Below are positions 19,845 to 30,930 of a DNA stretch of 64,000 bases, piece by piece (within the stretch, counting starts at the first letter, position 1; the number at the start of each line of letters is the position of its first letter). The notes under the pieces are model-generated. The model searched no databases. It worked only from the letters and a program-made list of their open reading frames with translations, and was not told the origin of the DNA. The stretch spans positions 49,316 to 113,315 of the forward strand of contig CAXXFV010000001.1 of the NCBI GenBank assembly GCA_963674595.2, given 5' to 3'. The DNA is from a bacterium (GTDB lineage: Bacteria; Zhuqueibacterota; Zhuqueibacteria; Residuimicrobiales; Krinioviventaceae). The position numbers were made by a program, and so were the translations under genes.

Positions 19845-21131
19845 TTGAAAATTTATAAAAATACCGGAATTGCCGATTTTTTAGATCGTTTTGAATCCAG
19901 ACGAAATGAGGACGTGCAGGACGTTGAAATCAGTGTCCGGCAAATCCTGCAAAAAGTCAGGCAGGAGGGTGACAAAGCCCTGATAGAGTATGCAAAAAAG
20001 TTTGATAATGTTGATCTGGAAAAGATCGGCATAAAAGTGCCCTGGGAGCAGTTAAAGGCAGCTCACGAAAGTTTGGACAAAGAACTGCTGCATGTTTTGC
20101 AGCAGTCACGTAAAAACATTGAACGCTTTCATCAAAAAGGACTGCCCCAATCCTGGATTTCCTGGGAAGAAAACGGTGTTGCACTTGGTCAAAAAGTTTC
20201 GCCTCTGGAACGTGTCGGTGTATACGTACCGGGCGGTCGGGCCGCCTATCCGTCTTCTCTGCTTATGGGCGTTGTTCCGGCACAGGTGGCCGGTGTTGAA
20301 GAAATTGTCATCACCACTCCTTCAGATGCTGACGGACATGTAAATTCCACAATTCTTGCCGCTGCTTATGAACTGGGCATAGAATCGGTTTTTCGAATTG
20401 GCGGCGCTCATGCAATTGCGGCGCTGGCCTATGGAACCAACAGTGTTCCTCAGGTTGATAAAATTGTCGGTCCGGGAAATATTTATGTGGCAACCGCCAA
20501 AAAAATGCTGTACGGACAGTGCAGCATTGATATGGTTGCCGGACCAAGTGAGGTGCTGATTATTGCGGATAAAACAGCGCACCCGGCCTATACGGCTGCC
20601 GATTTACTGGCACAGGCAGAACATGATCCGTTGGCTTCTTCGATTCTGGTAACGGATTCTCAGGAATTCGCTGAAAAGGTTGAAAAGCAAGTAATAGCCC
20701 AGACAAAATTACTTCCCAGAAAGGAAATCATTGAGCAGTCTTTAAAGGAATATGGCGCCATTATCGTCGCAGAATCTATGACACAGTGTGTTGAACTTTG
20801 CAACCGGTTGGCTCCGGAACACCTTGGTATACACGTTGCCGATCCATGGAATCTGTTGGGCGAAATTAAAAATGCCGGGGCTATTTTTCTGGGTCCCTAT
20901 TCTCCGGAAGCGGTCGGTGATTATTGGGCCGGTCCCAATCATGTGCTGCCGACCAATGGTTCGGCACGCTTTTTCTCACCGTTACGAACAGAAGATTTTC
21001 TCAAAGTCAGCAGCATTATTTCCTATACAAAAGAGGGGATTCAGAAAAACGGTGACAAGATAATGCTTTTTGCAAATAACGAAGGGCTTCAGGCTCATGC
21101 GAATTCGATTAAAGTAAGAAAAGAAAACTAG
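19845..21131 (+). CDS. hisD: Histidinol dehydrogenase
   Basis: YVPGG, GPGNIYV, IDMVAGPSE, QAEHD, PEHL, GPNHVLPT. Confidence 0.97.
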   Translation: MKIYKNTGIADFLDRFESRRNEDVQDVEISVRQILQKVRQEGDKALIEYAKKFDNVDLEKIGIKVPWEQLKAAHESLDKELLHVLQQSRKNIERFHQKGLPQSWISWEENGVALGQKVSPLERVGVYVPGGRAAYPSSLLMGVVPAQVAGVEEIVITTPSDADGHVNSTILAAAYELGIESVFRIGGAHAIAALAYGTNSVPQVDKIVGPGNIYVATAKKMLYGQCSIDMVAGPSEVLIIADKTAHPAYTAADLLAQAEHDPLASSILVTDSQEFAEKVEKQVIAQTKLLPRKEIIEQSLKEYGAIIVAESMTQCVELCNRLAPEHLGIHVADPWNLLGEIKNAGAIFLGPYSPEAVGDYWAGPNHVLPTNGSARFFSPLRTEDFLKVSSIISYTKEGIQKNGDKIMLFANNEGLQAHANSIKVRKEN

Positions 21132-22184
21132 ATGGAAAAATATTTTAAAAATCAGGTTACGGCTTTACACGGTTATACCTCACCTCCACAGACAGGTATG
21201 ATCGCCAAGTTGAACCAGAATGAAAGCCCTTTTGACGTGCCGGAAACCATTAAAACAGAGCTGCTGCAAAAGATCGGTTCTCTTGAATGGAATTTATATC
21301 CGGTCAATGAATCTCCGCAATTGTGCGAAAAATTGGCGTCCAGGTTTAATGTGGCCGCCAATCAAATATTGCTGGGAAACGGTTCAAACCAATTATTGCA
21401 AACGATTCTAACCGCTGCTTTGGAATCCGGGGATAGAGTTTTATATTGCCCGCCTTCCTTTTCATTGTTTGACCTTTTTCCGGTTATTTACGGCGGAACC
21501 TTGGTCAAGGAATTCCAGGTTCCGGGCGCAGCTTTTCCTTTGGATGCGGTTTTACAACGGATTGAAGAAGAAAATCCAAAAATTGTGCTGTTGTGTTCGC
21601 CAAACAACCCGACCGGCTCTGTCATTTCATTAGAAGATCTGAAAACAGTTTGTGAAAAATCATCGGGATTGGTGTTTTTTGATGAAGCCTATGCCGAGTT
21701 TCACTCGGAATCGGCTGTCGATTTGGTCCGGGAGTATCCGAACCTGATTATTTCGCGGACCTTTTCCAAGGCCTTTAGTCTGGCCGGATTACGTTTTGGC
21801 TATTTTATTTCAACAGCGTCAAACATTGAACAATTGCGTAAGGTTAATTTACCCTATAATGTGAATTTGATGACAGAGCAGATTGCATTGCGCTTGCTGG
21901 ATGAACAAGACCTGATTCAAAAAAATGTGAAATATATTTCCGACGAACGGGACCGTGTGTACAAAGAAATGTCTGGTTTGTCAGGAATAACGGTCTATCC
22001 TTCAGCCGCTAATTTTATTTTGTTTAAAACAAACGATGGTAAAAAAACGTTTCAGCAGCTTAAAGATAAAAAAGTGCTTGTTCGTGATGTCAGTGGTTAT
22101 GATTTGTGTGAAAATCATCTGCGGGTTTCCATTGGATTACGGGAGCATAACAATCTGTTTTTAGAAATATTAAAAGTTTTATGA
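21132..22184 (+). CDS. hisC: Histidinol-phosphate aminotransferase
   Basis: LNQNESP, GNGS, PNNPTG, DEAY, RTFSKAFSLAGLR. Confidence 0.95.
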   Translation: MEKYFKNQVTALHGYTSPPQTGMIAKLNQNESPFDVPETIKTELLQKIGSLEWNLYPVNESPQLCEKLASRFNVAANQILLGNGSNQLLQTILTAALESGDRVLYCPPSFSLFDLFPVIYGGTLVKEFQVPGAAFPLDAVLQRIEEENPKIVLLCSPNNPTGSVISLEDLKTVCEKSSGLVFFDEAYAEFHSESAVDLVREYPNLIISRTFSKAFSLAGLRFGYFISTASNIEQLRKVNLPYNVNLMTEQIALRLLDEQDLIQKNVKYISDERDRVYKEMSGLSGITVYPSAANFILFKTNDGKKTFQQLKDKKVLVRDVSGYDLCENHLRVSIGLREHNNLFLEILKVL

Positions 22185-22191
22185 GGGAACT

Positions 22192-22782
22192 ATGGAACGA
22201 ACAGCCAACATAACCCGAAAAACAAAAGAAACGGACATAAAAATTGATCTGAAAATCGACGGTTCGGGGCAAGGAACTATTACTTCAGGAATCGGTTTTT
22301 TTGATCACTTGCTTGATGCATTTTGCAAACATGGCATGTTTGATTTGAATCTGCAAGCAAAAGGTGATCTGCATATTGACGGACACCATACGGTTGAAGA
22401 CTGCGGCATTGTTTTGGGCACGGCCTTAAAACAGGCGCTGGGCGACTGTAAGGGAATCGTTCGTTTTGGTCATGCTTTTTGTCCGTTGGACGAAGCCTTG
22501 TCGCGCGCCGTCGTAGACATCAGCGGTCGTGGGTTTTTTTATTACGAATGTAATATTCCCATGAAAATGGTGGGCGATTTTGACGGAGAATTATTTGTCG
22601 AGTTTTTACGGGCCTTTGCCGTTAATGCCGGGATAACGCTTCACGTTTCCATGTTATACGGTCAAAATTTGCACCACATTTTTGAGAGTATGATCAAGGC
22701 TTTGGCCCGGGCATTGAGGCAGGCTGTTGCAAATGATTTATTAAATAATGATATCCCTTCCACAAAAGGAGTTCTTGTATGA
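22192..22782 (+). CDS. hisB: Imidazoleglycerol-phosphate dehydratase (monofunctional)
   Basis: RKTKET, HHTVED, NLHHIFE, PSTKG. Confidence 0.97.
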   Translation: MERTANITRKTKETDIKIDLKIDGSGQGTITSGIGFFDHLLDAFCKHGMFDLNLQAKGDLHIDGHHTVEDCGIVLGTALKQALGDCKGIVRFGHAFCPLDEALSRAVVDISGRGFFYYECNIPMKMVGDFDGELFVEFLRAFAVNAGITLHVSMLYGQNLHHIFESMIKALARALRQAVANDLLNNDIPSTKGVLV

Positions 22783-23378
22783 TATATATTGTGGACTATG
22801 ACGCCGGAAATTTACGCAGCGTTCAAAAAGCCCTTGAAAAAGTCGGCGGGAATGCCGAGGTAACGGATAATTCTGAGAAAATATTAAGCGGCGATAAAGT
22901 TGTGTTTCCCGGCGTCGGTGCATTTGGAAACGCGGTACAGGCTTTGGAAAAAAGAGGTTTACGAAATACCCTTGTTGAATATATTAATAGCGGCCGTCCG
23001 TTTTTAGGAATTTGTCTTGGAATGCAATTGCTGTTTGAACAAAGTGAAGAAAATCCCGGTGTGCAGGGTTTATCTGTGTTAAAAGGAACTGTTAAAAGAT
23101 TTCTCTTTGATATCAAAGTACCACATCTCGGATGGAATGTTTTAAATCAAAAAAAAGAAACGGTTTTGTGGAACAGTATCCCCAAAGACAGTTATTTTTA
23201 TTTTGCTCATTCATACTATATTTCTCCTGATGATAAAGATATTGTCATAGGGGAGAGTGATTACAACGGCGCCTATCCTGTTGCCGTGCAATATAAAAAT
23301 GTTATGGGATTGCAGTTTCACCCGGAAAAATCTCAAAAAAATGGTTTACAGATTTTACAAAATTTTGTCAATTTATAG
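22779..23378 (+). CDS. hisH: IGP synthase glutaminase subunit
   Basis: GNLRSV, PGVG, GICLGMQ, QFHPEKS. Confidence 0.97.
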   Translation: MIYIVDYDAGNLRSVQKALEKVGGNAEVTDNSEKILSGDKVVFPGVGAFGNAVQALEKRGLRNTLVEYINSGRPFLGICLGMQLLFEQSEENPGVQGLSVLKGTVKRFLFDIKVPHLGWNVLNQKKETVLWNSIPKDSYFYFAHSYYISPDDKDIVIGESDYNGAYPVAVQYKNVMGLQFHPEKSQKNGLQILQNFVNL

Positions 23379-23387
23379 GAGTGTACG

Positions 23388-24116
23388 TTGATTGTTTTAC
23401 CGGCGATAGATTTATTGGATGGAAAATGTGTACGTTTAAAACAGGGGGCGGAATCAACAGCAAAAATATACAGCGAAAATCCTGCTCAGATTGCTAAGGA
23501 ATGGCAGGCCGGTGGGGCCGGTATTATCCATGTTGTCAATTTGGATGGCGCTTTTGGAAGGGCCCAAAAAAACACCCGGGCCATTGAAGCGATTTTGCAG
23601 GCAATAGATATTCCCATTGAGTTGGGCGGTGGTGTCCGCTCTGCTGATGACGCTGAAAAATGGCTTGATCTTGGTGTTTCCCGTGTTATTTTGGGGACCG
23701 TTGCGGTTTCTTCTCCTGATGTTGTGCAAGAGTGTATTAAAAAATTTGGTCCCGCAAAAATCGTTGTTGGTATTGACGCCCGAGGTGACAATGTTGCCAT
23801 AGAAGGCTGGGAAAAGCAAACCCAAAAATCTGTTTTCGAACTTGCCAAACAAATGAAGGACATGGGTGTTGAACGTATTATTTACACGGATGTTCAGTGT
23901 GACGGTGAACTCGTCGGGCCTAATATTGAAAGAACAGACCGGCTTGCCAAAGAATCCGGTTTACAGGTGATTGCTTCCGGCGGATTTTCTGAAATCAAAC
24001 ATTTTGAAGACCTGAAAGCGGTTAATAATGCCAATATCGAAGGCGCCATAGTAGGGACCGCCTTGTACGAACAAAATTTAACGGTAAATGAACTCGTTCG
24101 TTTATTTGAACAATAA
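23388..24116 (+). CDS. hisA: ProFAR isomerase
   Basis: [28 protein letters not shown]. Confidence 0.96.
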   Translation: MIVLPAIDLLDGKCVRLKQGAESTAKIYSENPAQIAKEWQAGGAGIIHVVNLDGAFGRAQKNTRAIEAILQAIDIPIELGGGVRSADDAEKWLDLGVSRVILGTVAVSSPDVVQECIKKFGPAKIVVGIDARGDNVAIEGWEKQTQKSVFELAKQMKDMGVERIIYTDVQCDGELVGPNIERTDRLAKESGLQVIASGGFSEIKHFEDLKAVNNANIEGAIVGTALYEQNLTVNELVRLFEQ

Positions 24117-24127
24117 AGAGAGAGAAT

Positions 24128-24886
24128 ATGCTAGCGAAACGAATTATTCCATGTCTGGATGTTAAAGACGGACGTGTTGTTAAAGGTGTTAATTTTTTGA
24201 ATCTTATAGATGCCGGTGACCCGGTTGAACAGGCGAAATTTTATGACGAGCAGGGCGCGGATGAGCTTGTTTATCTGGACATTACCGCATCTTCAGATAA
24301 GCGTGATATCATGCTGGATGTTGTGCGCCGGACGGCTGAACAGGTGTTTATGCCCCTAACCGTCGGCGGTGGTGTAAGAACGGCCGCAGATGCTCATATT
24401 TTGCTAAAAAACGGCGCCGACAAAGTTACTATGAATACCGCTGCTGTTCTAAATCCGACACTTGTTAAAGAGTGTGCCGAACGTTTCGGCAGCCAGGCCA
24501 CTGTGGTTGCTATTGATGCCAAAAAAAATGAAACAGGTCGCTGGAGTGTTTATATTTACGGCGGCCGGGAAAAAACAGAACGCGATGCTCTTGAATGGGC
24601 CCAATATGTTCAGGAACTCGGTGCCGGTGAAATTCTTTTAACTTCTATGGACCGGGACGGTACTAAAATAGGTTATGCTTTGGACCTGACAAAAACAATT
24701 TCCAATGCCGTCACCATACCGGTCATCGCATCCGGCGGATGTGGAACGCCCGAACACATTCGTGAAATTTTAGATGAAGGGTGTGCGGATGCTGCTTTGG
24801 CAGCTTCTATCTTTCATTATCGGGAAAATTCAATTCATGAGGTAAAACAATTTTTAAAGGAGAATAATGTTCATGTCCGAAATTGA
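24128..24886 (+). CDS. hisF: IGP synthase cyclase subunit
   Basis: [34 protein letters not shown]. Confidence 0.97.
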   Translation: MLAKRIIPCLDVKDGRVVKGVNFLNLIDAGDPVEQAKFYDEQGADELVYLDITASSDKRDIMLDVVRRTAEQVFMPLTVGGGVRTAADAHILLKNGADKVTMNTAAVLNPTLVKECAERFGSQATVVAIDAKKNETGRWSVYIYGGREKTERDALEWAQYVQELGAGEILLTSMDRDGTKIGYALDLTKTISNAVTIPVIASGGCGTPEHIREILDEGCADAALAASIFHYRENSIHEVKQFLKENNVHVRN

Positions 24887-25223
24887 AAAACTGGTACAAA
24901 CCGATTTTATTGAAAAAATTAAATATGATGACAAAGGACTTGTAGCGGCTATTGTTCAGGACGTCAATGATGGTACGGTCCTTATGCTGGGTTATATGAA
25001 TGCCGAAAGTTTAAAAATGACATTGGAAAAACAACTGGTCACCTTTTGGAGCCGTTCCCGACAAAAATTCTGGACAAAGGGTGAAACATCCGGAAATTTT
25101 CTTAAAGTTGTAGAATTGTATACAGACTGTGATTCGGATGCAATTCTCGTTAAAGCAGAACCGCATGGTCCGACATGTCATACCGGCAAGCGAACCTGTT
25201 TTTCCTGGCTTTTGGAACAATAA
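24873..25223 (+). CDS. hisI: Phosphoribosyl-AMP cyclohydrolase (monofunctional, no HisE domain)
   Basis: WSRSRQ..W.KGETSG, DCDSD, CHTG..TCF, then stop. Confidence 0.95.
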   Translation: MSEIEKLVQTDFIEKIKYDDKGLVAAIVQDVNDGTVLMLGYMNAESLKMTLEKQLVTFWSRSRQKFWTKGETSGNFLKVVELYTDCDSDAILVKAEPHGPTCHTGKRTCFSWLLEQ

Positions 25224-26080
25224 TGCTAAATAAAATGAAACATAAGACAATTTTCAGCACAGTGCTTTTGTTGGTATTGGTAAACTCTTGTCTTTATTCA
25301 CAACGATCTTTGCATAAAACACCGTTTAGAGAATCGACATTTGATGAATTTGCTTATCCGAATGGTATAAGAAATGAAACATTTTCGACACGTTTGCAAA
25401 ATGAACTGAGTTTTACTTTTCCAAAGGCAAAAAAAACAACAGCCATCAGCTATATCACTCAGGATTCTCCAAAAGAAGTGGTTAATTACTATTCTCAATT
25501 AAGCGGACAACGGTTTTTTAAAAATGAAGATCATTTTATTTATATCTTTTCCGAAGTTAATGGTGTGCCTGCCTGTAAAATAGAAATTTATCCGATACAT
25601 TATTCAAAAATTCAAAAGGAAATGTGGCCTACACGAATTGATTTGTGTTTTGTTAGTTATCCTATAACAGTATCATTTCCAAAAGGTTTAGATCGGAACC
25701 GGGATGAACTCAAAAAAAAGGTTGGACGTTTATTTTATGACGGTGAATTAAAAGAAGACGCTGCCATGCTTGAAATGGAAGAACTGGGTTCACCGGACGC
25801 AGAGGTTTATATTGTTTCCACCAAAGATCCTTTTGAACAGGTTTATAGCTTTTTCCGGCGAAGGTACGGCCGTATATATGTTGTACCGGCCCGTGATGGT
25901 GACGTTTTTGTCCGCGATTTTGAGTTTGATGCCACACATACCATTCATCTTGACCAAAATAAAAAAGAGCTGTACATTCGTGTTGAAGAAAATCCTCTGG
26001 TCACGGACCAAACCGGCAACTCTCAGGTTTATCATGGCTATACATTTATAAAATATATCTTTTGGAAAAATACGGAATAA
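25223..26080 (+). CDS. Hypothetical exported protein with internal duplication
   Basis: ATG overlaps the hisI stop (TAATG); signal-peptide-like N-terminus; two T.D....V..(Y/F)(Y/F) motifs. Confidence 0.7.
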   Translation: MLNKMKHKTIFSTVLLLVLVNSCLYSQRSLHKTPFRESTFDEFAYPNGIRNETFSTRLQNELSFTFPKAKKTTAISYITQDSPKEVVNYYSQLSGQRFFKNEDHFIYIFSEVNGVPACKIEIYPIHYSKIQKEMWPTRIDLCFVSYPITVSFPKGLDRNRDELKKKVGRLFYDGELKEDAAMLEMEELGSPDAEVYIVSTKDPFEQVYSFFRRRYGRIYVVPARDGDVFVRDFEFDATHTIHLDQNKKELYIRVEENPLVTDQTGNSQVYHGYTFIKYIFWKNTE

Positions 26081-26334
26081 TAAATTTAAAAAATAAATTA
26101 AATGCCTTGCAATTTCAAAGAGATTTAATTAATATTATATCTTATAGAAATATAAATACTTGTTATTCCTGCTCAGGTTTTGTTCTTTGATGTTAAATGA
26201 TTTGAAATTATTGAATGTGTTAAAAATCCCTTTTGGAACAGCACTCGGTACCTGGAAAGTTGAGTTACTGGAATTGTTCCATGAGATCGATCATAATTAG
26301 TCAAGTGTCTGTTCTATAACCCAGGAGATTTTTG

Positions 26335-27216
26335 GTGCAAACATTACTTATTATTAATCCATGTGCGGGGAAGGGAAAAGCCGAAAAGCAAGCAGATGTA
26401 ATATGTTCTAAACTCAGTAATGCAAATTATCAATTTGATGTTAAATACAGTGAATATCCGACACATTCTCAACTAATAGCAAGCGAAGCTGTAAAATCCG
26501 GTTATGACAGGGTTGTAGCTGTTGGTGGTGACGGCACGGTTAACGAAGTCTTGAACGGAATTCTTATCGCAGATGGTGATCCTGAATTTGCAATTATACC
26601 GGCAGGCTCTTGTAACGATTTTATAAAGTCCGCAGATATCCCTGCACAAATCGAAAACGCATGTGATGTTTTGATTTCCGGAAAATCAAAACGATTTGAT
26701 GTTATTCGTGTAGGTGATAGATATTGTTTTAATGCAGCAGGTGTGGGCTTTGACGTAGCCGTAACAAAAAGTATTAAAAGATCCAGGTACCTGAAAGGAT
26801 TTGTTTTATATATGGTCTCCGTACTTGGAAATTTATTCCAGTTTACCGGTTTGAATTTAAAACTGGATATTGATGGTGAAAAAATTATTCAAAGAGTTCT
26901 CATGCTGACTGTCGCCAATGGAACATGTTATGGCGGAGATTTTCGGATCGCTCCTCCGGCAGATGCAACAGATGGTTTTTTAAATACGATTTTAATTAAT
27001 GACCTGTCACCACTCAAACGTATTTCAGCTTTAGCAAATGTACTAAAAGGCACCCATCTTGATTTGCCTGATGTTAGAATGTATATGACTAAAAATTTAT
27101 ATATGCAAGCAGATAATAAATTAACACTTCAACTTGATGGTGAACTTTTGGAATGGGACTCTAACGAAATTCAACTGTCAGTTGAACCACAAAGGATTAA
27201 AGTTATTGTACCCTGA
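26335..27216 (+). CDS. Diacylglycerol/lipid kinase family (YegS/BmrU-like)
   Basis: INPCAG, GGDGTVNEV, PAGSCNDF, YGG, QLDGE. Confidence 0.92.
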   Translation: MQTLLIINPCAGKGKAEKQADVICSKLSNANYQFDVKYSEYPTHSQLIASEAVKSGYDRVVAVGGDGTVNEVLNGILIADGDPEFAIIPAGSCNDFIKSADIPAQIENACDVLISGKSKRFDVIRVGDRYCFNAAGVGFDVAVTKSIKRSRYLKGFVLYMVSVLGNLFQFTGLNLKLDIDGEKIIQRVLMLTVANGTCYGGDFRIAPPADATDGFLNTILINDLSPLKRISALANVLKGTHLDLPDVRMYMTKNLYMQADNKLTLQLDGELLEWDSNEIQLSVEPQRIKVIVP

Positions 27217-27243
27217 GTCTTTTAAAAGAATCGATTTTATAAA

Positions 27244-27618
27244 ATGAATCAAATAATAACATCAGACTCACTTCAACATGTTACCGGCACTCCCCAGGGC
27301 ATACTGACCTGGTTCCCGGTGTCGGAAACTTTGTCTTTAATTGCTTTAGCGTTGGGATGTGCGCTTATTATCATCGCTTATTTTACAGGGGCCCGGGAAA
27401 ATAAAGCAAAAGTTTTGTTTAGCATTATAAGTTCAATGTTGATTATTATTTTATCCATGCCGTTGTTTTTACGACTGGGAAAGTGGCTGGGTATTTTAAA
27501 TTCAACCTGGGGAGCGGTGACTGTTTTGATATTAGCCTTGTTATTTGCTGTTTGTGTTGGTGTACATGCGTATGAGGTTGTTACTGTATCAGCAAGAGAG
27601 GCAAGACCACCTGATTGA
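27244..27618 (+). CDS. Hypothetical membrane protein (3 TM)
   Basis: Three hydrophobic segments in 124 aa. Confidence 0.65.
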   Translation: MNQIITSDSLQHVTGTPQGILTWFPVSETLSLIALALGCALIIIAYFTGARENKAKVLFSIISSMLIIILSMPLFLRLGKWLGILNSTWGAVTVLILALLFAVCVGVHAYEVVTVSAREARPPD

Positions 27619-27819
27619 TGCTGCTGTCAGGTTGAAATTTTGAGATGAATGCGATAAATATGCACTTTGGGTTTTATAACAACCAGATTTAATTATATAT
27701 TATCTTCTTGATTCTTTGTATTTGTTTTTTTAAACTATATATTGGAATATAATTTAATATCCATTGTAACCAATATCCGCTAAATTTTTTGATAATATCA
27801 AATTTTATCGGGATTGCCC

Positions 27820-30480
27820 ATGAGTACACGAACAAAAATTGTGTTTATTGCCCTGGGTTTTGCTTTAGCCTTTTGGATTTTTGATGCCGCACTGGATGCT
27901 TATCTTTTCAATCACTACCGCTTTTTAGATATTTTCATTATAAATGTACCTCTTCATGAAATATATATCCGCTTAATAGTTTTACTCCTGTCGATTATTT
28001 TTGCTTATATCCTATCCAATCAATTTTTAAAAAGAGATCATACATTAAAACATTTAAAAAATTTAAATTCGATTCTAAGTGCAATCAAAAGTGTCAATAT
28101 TGTTATATCTGAACACAAAGATGACATAGCTTTAGTTGATGAAATATGTAAGGTCCTTTATAGAGAGAGAAAGTACAATAGTGTATGGTGTTCTCTTTTT
28201 GAAAATGGGCAATTAAGGCATTTAATGACCATAGGTCTGGAAGAAAAAGAACGTGAAAAAGTTGAATCCTGGTTTTATAATAACAACAAACCGGATTATA
28301 TTGATAGCGTTCTGAATGATAGTAAAAGGATCTGTTGCGTCAGTAATGATAAAATTGTTAAAACAAATAATTTGGAAGAGTTTGATAAAAATTCAAATTC
28401 CATATTAGCAAGAATTGAAACGACAGAAAAAGTATATGGTATTTTGTCTGTGTCACTCAACGCTGCATTTTTATCTGCGGAAAATGAAGTTACTTTTTTA
28501 AGTGAAGTTGCAGATGGTATTGGAAATACATTAAAAAAAATGGAGCTGAATGATCTACGCAGTCAAACTGAAAAAACGCTGGCAGAAAACGAAATTAGAT
28601 TTCGGGAACTCTTTGATAATATGGATAATGGTGTTGCCGTCTATGAAGCAGTAAACGAGGGTCAGGATTTTATTTTTTTGGATTTTAATAAAAAAGCAGA
28701 ACAAATTGAAAAAGTTGACAAAAAAAACTTATTAGGGAAGGCTGTTACAGAGGTTTTTCCCGGTGTAAAAGAATTTGGGATTTTTGACGTTTTTAAAAAA
28801 GTATGGCAGACCGGAAATCCGGAATATTTCCCGACTTCTTTTTATAAAGATGACCGAATAGTTGGGTGGCGTGAAAATTATATATATAAACTTCCCTCCG
28901 GGGAAATTGTAGCGATTTATAATGATAAAACTGAGCAGAAACGTTTAGAGCAGGACCTTGAATTTAATCAGGAATTGTTGAACGAAACCGCCAGGATGGC
29001 AAAAGTTGGCGGCTGGGAACATGACTTTATAACAAGAAAAGCTATATGGACAAAGGAGCTCTATCATATTATTGGTTTGGAAGAGGGAACAGAACCCCCT
29101 GGTATGGATGAACATTTGAATTATTACCCTCCTGAAGAACGGGAAATTCTTCAACATGCATTTGAAATGTCCATCAAGAATAAAAAACCCTTTGATTTGG
29201 AATTACGGGTAAACACGGCCAAGGGCCAACAAATTTGGGCCCGTGCCATCGGGTATCCGGTTTTTAATAATGAGCAGTGTGTCAAGTTTAAAGGTACTTT
29301 TCAGGACATTACCGACCAAAAAATGGCAGAGTTTGCTTTAATAGAGAGTGAGGCCAAATATCGTCGTTTAACGGAAAATGCCCAGGATATGATTTACCGA
29401 ATGTCTTTGGTAACGGGTGAATATGAATATATAAGCCCGGCTTCAACAGAAATGTGTGGTTATACACCTCAGGAGTTTTACCAATCTTCGATGTTAATTC
29501 AAAAGTTTATTCACCCTGATTGGCGTGATTATTTTAAAAAAGAATGGGAAAAGCTTTTAAGAGGAGAAATATCGCCGATATATGAATATCAAATTATTCA
29601 TAAATCAGGAATGGAAAAATGGTTTTATCAGCGAAATGTTTTGGTACGGGATGAGCAAGGCAAGCCTATTGCCATTGAAGGAATTGTTACAGATATAACA
29701 GAACGAAAAATAGTTGAAAAAAGAATACATGATTTAAATGATGAACTGGAAAAGCGTGTTGAAGAACGAACGGATCAGCTAAAAGAAGCAAATAAAGAAC
29801 TCGAAGCTTTTACCTATTCGGTCTCTCATGATCTGCGAGCACCTTTACGTGCAATTGATGGATTTTCCAAAATAATTGAAGAAGAATATTCTAAAATTCT
29901 CGATTCTGAAGGTAAGCGATTATTTGGAATCATTCGTTCAAATACAAAAAAGATGGACCATCTCATTACAGATCTTTTACACTTGTCTCGCGTTTCACGC
30001 GGTGAATTGACCTTTTCAAATATAGATATGGCCCAAATGGCCGAGAGTATTTTTAAAGAAATATCCTCTGAACAGGTTAAAAATCAATTTACATTTAATG
30101 TTGCATCCCTGCCTGTCATTCAGGCAGATTCACGGCTTGTTAAACAAGTATGGTTAAATCTACTGGACAATGCCATAAAATATACCTTACCGGCGCCGGA
30201 AAAGGTCATAACTGTTAACGGCTATTGTGATAATGGCATGAATGTTTTTTCCGTTTCAGATACCGGTGTTGGATTTGACGATTTATATATTCATAAACTG
30301 TTTGGTGTATTTCAACGCTTGCATAAAGAACAGGAATTTCCGGGAACAGGTGTTGGTTTAGCTATTGTACAGAGGATTATTCAAAGACATAATGGTAAAG
30401 TTTGGGCTGAAAGTAAAAAAAATAAAGGTTCAACTTTTTATTTTTCAATTCCTAATATGGAGGAAAACGATGGCGATTGA
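27820..30480 (+). CDS. Membrane GAF/PAS sensor histidine kinase (HisKA)
   Basis: 2 TM, GAF-like region, ~3 PAS/PAC, H-box [34 protein letters not shown]. Confidence 0.92.
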   Translation: MSTRTKIVFIALGFALAFWIFDAALDAYLFNHYRFLDIFIINVPLHEIYIRLIVLLLSIIFAYILSNQFLKRDHTLKHLKNLNSILSAIKSVNIVISEHKDDIALVDEICKVLYRERKYNSVWCSLFENGQLRHLMTIGLEEKEREKVESWFYNNNKPDYIDSVLNDSKRICCVSNDKIVKTNNLEEFDKNSNSILARIETTEKVYGILSVSLNAAFLSAENEVTFLSEVADGIGNTLKKMELNDLRSQTEKTLAENEIRFRELFDNMDNGVAVYEAVNEGQDFIFLDFNKKAEQIEKVDKKNLLGKAVTEVFPGVKEFGIFDVFKKVWQTGNPEYFPTSFYKDDRIVGWRENYIYKLPSGEIVAIYNDKTEQKRLEQDLEFNQELLNETARMAKVGGWEHDFITRKAIWTKELYHIIGLEEGTEPPGMDEHLNYYPPEEREILQHAFEMSIKNKKPFDLELRVNTAKGQQIWARAIGYPVFNNEQCVKFKGTFQDITDQKMAEFALIESEAKYRRLTENAQDMIYRMSLVTGEYEYISPASTEMCGYTPQEFYQSSMLIQKFIHPDWRDYFKKEWEKLLRGEISPIYEYQIIHKSGMEKWFYQRNVLVRDEQGKPIAIEGIVTDITERKIVEKRIHDLNDELEKRVEERTDQLKEANKELEAFTYSVSHDLRAPLRAIDGFSKIIEEEYSKILDSEGKRLFGIIRSNTKKMDHLITDLLHLSRVSRGELTFSNIDMAQMAESIFKEISSEQVKNQFTFNVASLPVIQADSRLVKQVWLNLLDNAIKYTLPAPEKVITVNGYCDNGMNVFSVSDTGVGFDDLYIHKLFGVFQRLHKEQEFPGTGVGLAIVQRIIQRHNGKVWAESKKNKGSTFYFSIPNMEENDGD

Positions 30481-30910
30481 AAACGAGATTCAGATCCTTC
30501 TGGTTGAGGATAATCCAAATGATGCGGAGCTTACTTTAAGGGCATTAAAAAAAAATAACCTGGCAAATAAAATTATTCATGTAACGGATGGAGCCGAGGC
30601 CCTTGATTTTGTGTTTTGCAAAGGCATGTTTTCAGACCGGGAAAAGTGTGTTAATCCAAAACTCATTATTCTGGATTTAAAGTTACCAAAAGTCGATGGA
30701 TTAGAAGTACTTAAAATATTAAAACAAAATCCGCAAACAATGTCAATTCCCGTAGTTATATTAACATCATCGAATGAAGAAAGGGACTTGATAGAAAGTT
30801 ACAAACTTGGTGTAAATAGTTATATCGTTAAACCTGTAGAGTTTGATAAATTTGCGGCATCAATAAAAGATCTTGGGTTTTACTGGTTGATTTTAAATCA
30901 ACAACCATAG
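30470..30910 (+). CDS. Single-domain response regulator (Rcp1-like)
   Basis: ILLVED, LDLKLP, TSS, NSYIVKP; overlaps the kinase stop. Confidence 0.93.
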   Translation: MAIENEIQILLVEDNPNDAELTLRALKKNNLANKIIHVTDGAEALDFVFCKGMFSDREKCVNPKLIILDLKLPKVDGLEVLKILKQNPQTMSIPVVILTSSNEERDLIESYKLGVNSYIVKPVEFDKFAASIKDLGFYWLILNQQP

Positions 30911-30930
30911 GTAACTGTTAGAGGGATAGA

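Noticed and set aside
26142-26319. 6S RNA
   Set aside because: The length fits, but the internal hairpin is asymmetric, no central-bubble consensus is evident and it runs into an RBS. Kept only as a leader candidate.
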